This document shows, piece after piece, positions 57,661 to 64,000 of a DNA stretch of 64,000 nt. Position 1 is the stretch's first letter. Each line of letters begins with the position of its first letter. A program made the translations under genes and the position numbers. The stretch covers positions 17,577 through 81,576 of the IMG/VR virus record IMGVR_UViG_3300028832_000122. One strand, given 5' to 3'. The notes under the pieces are model-generated. The model was given only the letters and a program-made list of their open reading frames with translations, ran no database searches and was not told the origin of the DNA. The stretch comes from a virus. Lineage: Duplodnaviria > Caudoviricetes.

Positions 57661-58142
57661 TCCCCCTTCGTTGCGGTCTTTCTCACGCCGGTTCCGCTCG
57701 TCTGCATCTGACCGATAGTGTCGATCAGATCCTGCTTCATCCGCTCCAGGTCTTCCTTCCTCACGTAGTCAGTCATGTCGTGCTTCTCGTCGCCTGAGTA
57801 TCCGCTCGTCTTCTCTCCGCTTTTCGCGCCTTCCAATGTGTAGTGCGCACGCTGGAGTGGGTTCGGCATGCCCATTGGGTTCGTGCTCTTGAGATAGATC
57901 ACGGTATCGTTCGTGTCCCACAGCGCCACCGGCTGGTTCGCAGGCCATCCGGCAGGCAGCTGATACGCCTTCGCACCGACCTCGCCGTCCACCCAGATCA
58001 TCCCGGGCGTGCCCTGCGTTGCCGTCGGCTGAGGCGTCTGTGCCTGCTGTGCGTATGTCTGCTGGTACTGCGGATACAGCTGCGATCCGATCCCGCTGCC
58101 GTATGCCCAGTTGTTCTGATAAGGTACAGGATAGTTTGCCAT
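57657..58142 (-). CDS. Gln/Pro-rich hypothetical protein
   Basis: 'WVDGEVGAKAY......VALWD......YLKS'. Confidence 0.7.
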   Translation of the reverse strand: MANYPVPYQNNWAYGSGIGSQLYPQYQQTYAQQAQTPQPTATQGTPGMIWVDGEVGAKAYQLPAGWPANQPVALWDTNDTVIYLKSTNPMGMPNPLQRAHYTLEGAKSGEKTSGYSGDEKHDMTDYVRKEDLERMKQDLIDTIGQMQTSGTGVRKTATKGE

Positions 58143-58143
58143 C

Positions 58144-58524
58144 TTATGTTCCTCTCTTTCTGAAGAAATATGTCGGCGTCTCTCCGCCGCTGTCCCACGC
58201 GTCTACATAGTTTCCCGAAATCACGGCGATTGCGTGCGTGCCGGTTCCGATCACGTACGTGCCGTCCGGATACCGCTTGCAGAACTCGCGCACTGTCACG
58301 CACTCCGGGCATGCGTCCGGAAGCAGGAACTTCTCAAAACCGTTCCGCTTCAGGTACATCTCCCAAAGCCAGTTCACACTCGGCATCGTGCAGTGCTCAT
58401 GGCTTAACCTGCACAAATCCCAGTGCACCTCGTCCCATGTCTTCCCTGTGGCAATGGCAATGGCTCGCACCACACAGTCCGGTTCCTCACGCCTGCACGG
58501 ATTCGGGTTGTCAAAAATCCACAT
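58144..58524 (-). CDS. Putative papain-like (Cys-His-Asp) peptidase-fold protein
   Basis: 'DCVVRAIAIA' ... 'HAIAV' ... 'DAWD'. Confidence 0.55.
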   Translation of the reverse strand: MWIFDNPNPCRREEPDCVVRAIAIATGKTWDEVHWDLCRLSHEHCTMPSVNWLWEMYLKRNGFEKFLLPDACPECVTVREFCKRYPDGTYVIGTGTHAIAVISGNYVDAWDSGGETPTYFFRKRGT

Positions 58525-58829
58525 CAGTCCTCAATCCCGCAGTCCCGGAGGATCATGTGTACGACCTCGTCGTCTTCTGGGCGCAGATCCATCAGCAACG
58601 CCGTCATAAGGATCATGGCGTAGGCTGTTTCCACGCTCGCTCCGACTTCGTTCACAATGGTTTTGATTGACCGCCTGCATTTCTTTGGGTACATAATGGT
58701 TGCGTCCATGGTCCGCACCTCCTTTTCGCTTAAAATTCTGCAATAAAAAAAGGCTTCTGACGATGTCAGAAACCTGTAAGCATATTGGCATTTTCATGGC
58801 ATTTTGCCGTAAAAAAATCCCGGCGTATT

Positions 58830-59051
58830 TCAGCCGGGTAGGTGGCGGAATAGTTCTCGCTCACCCTTGTGCAACCGTCTCCAGACGGTCTTGTCGTCCA
58901 TACCGACCTTGGATGCGATCTCCCCTATGGTGTCGCCGTCCACCAGCCGGAGGTAGAGCATCCTGCGGTCGGTCTTATCATGGATGTACTCCTTGATAAG
59001 AGCGGTAATCTGCTCGTTCCCGTACTCAGGGCGGGGCGATGCCTTTGGCAC
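58830..59051 (-). CDS. Sigma-region-4-like HTH protein
   Basis: 'LRLVDGDTIGEIASKVGMDDKTVWRRL'. Confidence 0.65.
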   Translation of the reverse strand: MPKASPRPEYGNEQITALIKEYIHDKTDRRMLYLRLVDGDTIGEIASKVGMDDKTVWRRLHKGERELFRHLPG

Positions 59052-59355
59052 TGGCTAACTGTACGATAGCGGCGTTCATTTCTCTGATCAGGTTTACGAA
59101 CGTGTTCATGCGGATGGTGTACGCAACCACAAACGTGAGTGCGAACAGCAGGGCGAACATGCATACAAACAGGGTTGAACGGTGAGCGCGTTCGTTGTCC
59201 AGGTCCTTGTGCATCATGGCGTCTTCATGGGCGAAGAAACTGATGCAGGCCGTTTCCTTTTTACTGCATGTCTTGCAGTGGTCCATGACTTCTTCTTCAT
59301 TCACCGCACGCATGTTCTCTCCTGGACGGGTTTCGATGAACTTCTGCTCGCTCAT
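59026..59355 (-). CDS. Membrane protein in the lysis region
   Basis: Single hydrophobic segment near the C-terminus; coupled to the holin gene. Confidence 0.6.
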   Translation of the reverse strand: MSEQKFIETRPGENMRAVNEEEVMDHCKTCSKKETACISFFAHEDAMMHKDLDNERAHRSTLFVCMFALLFALTFVVAYTIRMNTFVNLIREMNAAIVQLASAKGIAPP

Positions 59356-59675
59356 GCGGTTTCCTCCGCCTTCGGGCCGCCCTGCTCAATCCGCAGTTCC
59401 CGTACAGTCGCTTCGATCATTGCGTCTACGGCGGTTGCATCAACCGTATAGCCGTTTTCTTTGAGCAAATCCACCACATACTGTTTCTTCTCCTTCCATT
59501 GTGCAGAAGTGAAAAGCTGTTCAGCTGCGTAGACTCCGACGCGGATCAGTGTAGCGAACGTGTCGTACTGCCTGTCATCCATCTTGCCTTTCAGCCAGGG
59601 GATAACGAAGCCGGTCAGTACCGCACTGATCAGGGTGATGATTGCAAGGATAATCTGGGTAAGGTCGATTGTCAT
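59352..59675 (-). CDS. Holin (LL-H family)
   Basis: 'IIL.IITLISAVLTGFVIPWLK', 'VYAAEQLF....G/W..KK.YV...L', 'IDAMIEA.V'. Confidence 0.85.
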   Translation of the reverse strand: MTIDLTQIILAIITLISAVLTGFVIPWLKGKMDDRQYDTFATLIRVGVYAAEQLFTSAQWKEKKQYVVDLLKENGYTVDATAVDAMIEATVRELRIEQGGPKAEETA

Positions 59676-59792
59676 GTTTATTCTCCTTTCAATAAAATTA
59701 GACACCGAACAATGAGCCGTACTCACCGTTCGGTGCCTTCGTGTTTTCTTCCGTCTTCATCATATCACAGACAATCCAAAACCGCAATTGTA

Positions 59793-60779
59793 TTATGCGG
59801 AATACTTCATGTACGAACTCTTAATCTTCGCACTGCTCGCCTTGTAGTACTTCATGGTCGTATCCACCTTGTCATGTCCGACAAGTACGGCGACCTCCTG
59901 AATCGGCATTCCCCTGTTCAGCAGGCGGGTGATTAATGTCCTGCGGAATCTGTGCGGGTGCACGTTATGCACGCCGGACTTCTCCTCGACGCCCTTCAGC
60001 ATGGCCCGCACGCCTCCGCTTGTCATCCGCTCCATCCGCTTCCCGATGAACAGAGCACAGGATCCGTCACGCCTCTGTGCAAGGTACTCTCTCAGCGTCA
60101 TGATTGCAACGTCGTCAAGATAAACCATCCTGTGCTTGTTGCCCTTACCGCGTACGATGCACTCTCCGCTTTCGTAGTTGATGTCGCCCCTGTCCAGCTG
60201 GGTAACCTCGCTGATCCGGCATCCTGTGGAAAGCAGGAAGCAGATAATTGCAACGTCCCGTACAGTCTTGCAGCTGCGTTTCATCTTCTCAATATCCGCC
60301 ATCGAGAAGATATCCTTCACCTTCTTTTCGCATTTAATGGGTTCGACATTAAAGGCAGGGTTCATGCGGATCATCTTCTCGTGTTCGAGCCAGGAGAAGT
60401 ATGCGTTCAGAATCTGCCGTGTTCCTTCCAGTGTACTGTTTAGTACGCCCCTGTCGTGTTCGGCTTTAAGGTATGCCCGGATATGCTGCGTGTTCACTTC
60501 CCTTGTGTTCACCTTTGCCCATAGCAGGAAGCGTGTGATGATGTAGGCATAGCGGATGATAGTCTTTTCCGATCTGCCTTCAATCTTCTTCACGTTCAGG
60601 TATGCCTCGAGGCAGTCCTCGTTTGCTGTGCCGTCCATGTTTGAAATGTGGATGACGTCAAACTCGTCAAGCGTAACGGTGAACTCCCGCATCGCTTCCT
60701 CAAGGTAGTTGGCAAACATCCTCGGTTTTAAAGTTTCTTCGACCTTGTGCATCAGTAAAACTTTGTCTTGAATCGGCAT
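59793..60779 (-). CDS. Second tyrosine recombinase (XerD-like)
   Basis: 'STGCRISE', 'GKGNKHR', 'HPHRFRRT', 'VGHDKVDTTMKY'; N-terminal 'EGRSEKTI'. Confidence 0.9.
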   Translation of the reverse strand: MPIQDKVLLMHKVEETLKPRMFANYLEEAMREFTVTLDEFDVIHISNMDGTANEDCLEAYLNVKKIEGRSEKTIIRYAYIITRFLLWAKVNTREVNTQHIRAYLKAEHDRGVLNSTLEGTRQILNAYFSWLEHEKMIRMNPAFNVEPIKCEKKVKDIFSMADIEKMKRSCKTVRDVAIICFLLSTGCRISEVTQLDRGDINYESGECIVRGKGNKHRMVYLDDVAIMTLREYLAQRRDGSCALFIGKRMERMTSGGVRAMLKGVEEKSGVHNVHPHRFRRTLITRLLNRGMPIQEVAVLVGHDKVDTTMKYYKASSAKIKSSYMKYSA

Positions 60780-60978
60780 ATGTATGCCCTCCTTTATTTT
60801 GTTGTAGCTAATTATAACACACTTTACTACATTGTGCAATATTATTACTACAGTAATAATTAAAAAAGAAGACCGGCGCGTTGCCGGTCATTGATTTATT
60901 ATTTCCGTTCAAAGTTGGTTCTCTATCTACATCCATTGACTGCCATGCTACAATGAAATCAAAAAGGAGTGAATACGC

Positions 60979-61176
60979 ATGGGTATCAATGGTGGTCGAA
61001 ATCGTAGGGGCATTGAAGGCGATCCTGCTGAAGAAGGTCTGTACATCCGGGTCAACGTTTCAATGCCACCGTCACTCATCAAACGCTTGGACAAATACAT
61101 GAAGGCTGAAGATCGTCCCCGTTCATGGTGCATCCAGAAAGCGGTTGATGAATGGCTGAAGAATAAGGGTTACTGA
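60979..61176 (+). CDS. Ribbon-helix-helix (CopG/Arc-like) regulator
   Basis: 'RVNVSMPPSLIKRLDKYM......RSWCIQKAV'. Confidence 0.75.
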   Translation: MGINGGRNRRGIEGDPAEEGLYIRVNVSMPPSLIKRLDKYMKAEDRPRSWCIQKAVDEWLKNKGY

Positions 61177-61403
61177 TCTTGGTAAAATCGAACAATATTT
61201 TCCATGTTTCTGCAAAATTTCTTCACGAACTTGGAAAATAATGCTGATTTTTTCCAAGTTGGCGGGATCTTCATCCCGTCTGCCGTAGTGTGTATTGTTA
61301 CACACCGTTACACACTAATTATTTCCTTTAAAACCGAACCGTTACTTTGTTTTGATGACCCATAGCAGGATCAGCAGAATAACAACGTACCAATACCATG
61401 CCA

Positions 61404-61643
61404 TTAGGTTTCACCCTGTTCCGGTTCGACTTCCTTGACATACAGTTTGCGCTCGATAACCCCGTTCTCAATCGTTCCCCACTCACAGACATCCATGTCA
61501 TTGCGAGGATTATTGGGGTCAAGGACATTCGCACAATTCAGATGAAACTGCCGTTCCATCTTGTCCCTGTCGGTGTCCGTGTGATAGACGGGAGCAACAG
61601 CTGCTCCGTTGTTAACCTTTTTGCGCTCCGAATAGTACATCAT
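61404..61643 (-). CDS. Hypothetical protein (tail-fibre associated)
   Basis: Directly downstream of the fibre gene. Confidence 0.55.
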   Translation of the reverse strand: MMYYSERKKVNNGAAVAPVYHTDTDRDKMERQFHLNCANVLDPNNPRNDMDVCEWGTIENGVIERKLYVKEVEPEQGET

Positions 61644-61666
61644 GTTTGTTTACCTCTCTTTCTTTT

Positions 61667-63532
61667 TTACAGAAGTCGTGTAATATATGCTTCTACTGTT
61701 GTTCCTGCTTTTACCGTTCCATTTGCGGCAGACAATGCCATCCATCTAATTTTGTCAACATAATCCAATGATCTTGGGAATACGCTTGTATAGCAACTGC
61801 CATCATTTATGAGTTCCGCAGTAACAGCACACGGCAAACGTTTTATTCTCATTACTGAGCATTTCTTTGTTCCTTTGAAATACATTCCGCTCACATTGAT
61901 ATAACCATTATTTACTGCATCTCGAACGGTAAGATATACAAAATCATTACTTGCAAATGCTGCCTGCGTTGTATCTGATTGATATACGCTGACTACGAGT
62001 TCCTCATAAATATTCAGTTCTACATCTCCAAACGGCAAATTATCAGAACCGATGTTGCTTGCATCCTCATCAAGCGTGTATTTCAGATAGAATTTCGGTG
62101 TCCACAGCCCCAGCATCTGCTGGATTTTCAGCTTGGCATCGTCTGTGTAAACGCCTACGGCATTGGAGGAACTGCTCTGATCAGAGTTTCCTGCTACTTT
62201 GGCTAAACCGTAAAATACGGCTTTGTGCTGATTGTTTGGTGTAATAGGGAAGAACGAATCGTTTCCTGCTTTGATTTTTTGTTCACTTGCAGTTGCGATA
62301 TACATAACTCCCGTATTCAATGTTTGAATGCCATAATCTTGACTTGATTTTACTAAGCCAAGCTGACCACCGCTTTGTGTAGCAATCGGAATATTTGCTA
62401 CTCCGCTTGTGACAACGGAAGTCCCATCGACCTTTACATCAGACACACCTCCACCGCCGCCGCCCTGCACGGTAGTCCAGCTCCGACCACCGTTCCCGTC
62501 CGTTGTCAGCACCTGTCCGCTTGTTCCCTCAGAACTCGGCTCATTGACTTTCCCGTTAACGGCTTCCGTCAGGCTTGTGCCGCCCGTGCTGTTAGCGTTG
62601 CAACCAACGTACACATCACCGTTAAAATGACCGTTTCCGTATACATCAACGGCAAATGCGTTTGAGCGGTTATTGTTTCCGTATCCGTTACCAACTGTCA
62701 GCAAATGATTGAAATTTACATAGGCAAATGCCCATTTACTCGCATCCCATGACGAGTCTGAATTTGCTTCAATACAAATATATCCACTTCCGCTTTTTAA
62801 AACCCTGTCACCAACTGCATAGCTTGTATTTGCTGACCATGTTGGAAGTTTTGCACCCGGATTATTGTACGCACCTTCTGCATGAGAAGCATATCCTTTT
62901 GTAGTCGTTCCAACTCCTTCAGTATGTGATGCGACTCCTACTGCGTTACCATAATACAAATTGCATGATTCGTTGGACAATTCTTCTCCGAATGAAGAAT
63001 CCAGCGTGATTGTATTGTTTACAGTATCTACAGATACAACATTTCTATATTCCTTTTTGCAAATTATGGTAGAATTATTATCGTCTGCCGTAACGTTTCC
63101 ACTCGTAACTGTATATGTTGTTGCGTTTTCTGCGCCCGTTATAGAAATTGTTCTGCTCGGTCCAGACGAACCTTCTGCATGGGATGATTGTCCAAGAGCA
63201 ACCGCACTACCTTCAGCGTGAGAAGTGCTTCCATAGGCAACTGATGTACTTCCTTCGCTATGAGAATTCTGTCCTATTGCTTTTGTTAGCAATCCTTCTG
63301 CGTGTGATATTTTTCCAAATGCAGAATTTCCTACACCGTGAGCAAAAGCAAACACATCGCTTGCATTATTTGAATAACCATAATACTCTCCGTCAAGCAC
63401 GGCAGAGTTATCGGCACTTCCTTTTTTCACGGTTATTTGGCTCTTTAACTCATTAACTTCTGCCTCGATTTCGGCACTGCTTCCACCAGCAACAGCCTTC
63501 GCCAGGGCAATGATTTTACCGGTGTCACTCAT
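61667..63532 (-). CDS. Tail fibre/adhesin with YadA-head-like (SHAEG) repeats and a carbohydrate-binding-like insert
   Basis: Repeated 'SHAEG/SHSEG/SHTEG'; 'WSANTSYAVGDRV....Y.C' resembles a CBM5/12 module; collagen/neck-like 'GTSGQVLTTDG'. Confidence 0.75.
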   Translation of the reverse strand: MSDTGKIIALAKAVAGGSSAEIEAEVNELKSQITVKKGSADNSAVLDGEYYGYSNNASDVFAFAHGVGNSAFGKISHAEGLLTKAIGQNSHSEGSTSVAYGSTSHAEGSAVALGQSSHAEGSSGPSRTISITGAENATTYTVTSGNVTADDNNSTIICKKEYRNVVSVDTVNNTITLDSSFGEELSNESCNLYYGNAVGVASHTEGVGTTTKGYASHAEGAYNNPGAKLPTWSANTSYAVGDRVLKSGSGYICIEANSDSSWDASKWAFAYVNFNHLLTVGNGYGNNNRSNAFAVDVYGNGHFNGDVYVGCNANSTGGTSLTEAVNGKVNEPSSEGTSGQVLTTDGNGGRSWTTVQGGGGGGVSDVKVDGTSVVTSGVANIPIATQSGGQLGLVKSSQDYGIQTLNTGVMYIATASEQKIKAGNDSFFPITPNNQHKAVFYGLAKVAGNSDQSSSSNAVGVYTDDAKLKIQQMLGLWTPKFYLKYTLDEDASNIGSDNLPFGDVELNIYEELVVSVYQSDTTQAAFASNDFVYLTVRDAVNNGYINVSGMYFKGTKKCSVMRIKRLPCAVTAELINDGSCYTSVFPRSLDYVDKIRWMALSAANGTVKAGTTVEAYITRLL

Positions 63533-63737
63533 CGCTTCCACCCACCTTGTGCCATTCGGAGTTAACCTCATCGAACAGGTACACATCACCGGTGTCTACC
63601 TCGAGGAACGTGCTGCCCGTTGAGATGACCTTTCCATCTTCCAGGGATGTCGGTTTCTCATCGTCTTTGGTCCCCGAATACTCCATGTAAATAACCTTAT
63701 CGGTAACCACATCGTGGGCGTCGACCGTCCTTATCAT
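63525..63737 (-). CDS. Small tail-associated protein
   Basis: 'DDEKPT......STGSTFLEVDTGDVYLFDE....W'. Confidence 0.6.
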   Translation of the reverse strand: MIRTVDAHDVVTDKVIYMEYSGTKDDEKPTSLEDGKVISTGSTFLEVDTGDVYLFDEVNSEWHKVGGSDE

Positions 63738-63787
63738 GATATATCACTCTCCTTTTCCTTTCTTTTTTATTTCCTTTAACGCTGACC

Positions 63788-64000
63788 TTATGTTCCGATC
63801 AGGAACTCAATCGTTATGCTTGAAGCATAATTTTCCCCACTTGTTCCTGCTGACACACCACCACCTGTTGCAACAGCAAAGCACACAGAATCAAGTCCGC
63901 TTACATTTGTAGGTATATCAAACGTATAAGGACCAACACCACTTGATTGCTGATCGTAACCGGACGAAACACCCTGCACACTCCACGCACCAACATTCGT
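63788..64000 (-). CDS. C-terminal end of a probable tail protein (begins outside the window)
   Basis: Open reading frame from the window edge to stop 63788. Confidence 0.5.
   Translation of the reverse strand, partial: TNVGAWSVQGVSSGYDQQSSGVGPYTFDIPTNVSGLDSVCFAVATGGGVSAGTSGENYASSITIEFLIGT

Noticed and set aside
1-64000. Diversity-generating retroelement, retron or group II intron
   Set aside because: No reverse-transcriptase motif (YxDD with RT context) and no TR/VR pair were seen.

Overview
The window is almost entirely one temperate tailed-phage genome (siphovirus-like, probably infecting a Clostridia/Firmicutes host). It appears to be in the free, non-integrated form, because phage genes flank an intact attP-like site. 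Layout: tail and head morphogenesis genes plus terminase large subunit on the minus strand (1-13.4 kb); a compositionally distinct plus-strand accessory island bounded by two serine recombinases and lying between terL and terS (14.3-23.0 kb); a glycosyltransferase cluster (23.7-27.3 kb); a likely replication origin and a long early replication/recombination operon (27.3-51.6 kb); a cI/ImmA/integrase lysogeny module with a tRNA-Ser(GCT) attP core (51.7-53.5 kb); a GT2-GT8 moron; an unknown-function gene block; holin; a second tyrosine recombinase; and tail-fibre genes (to 64 kb). The standout is at 48.8-50.6 kb. A Cas7/RAMP-like gene is followed 4 nt after its stop codon by a ~600-nt non-coding array of nine units, each a GGCA anchor plus 10-15 pentamers of the form GGY-NN. 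This suggests a non-CRISPR, RNA-guided system whose information lies in the variable dinucleotides (inference). Other highlights are five glycosyl/glycerophosphate transferase genes (one inside the capsid operon), a C5 methyltransferase split over four ORFs with about nine TRD-like repeats, a 149-nt tRNA-like RNA with a greatly extended anticodon region, and a phage ECF S-component. All protein assignments come from motif recognition by eye; no database searches were run.
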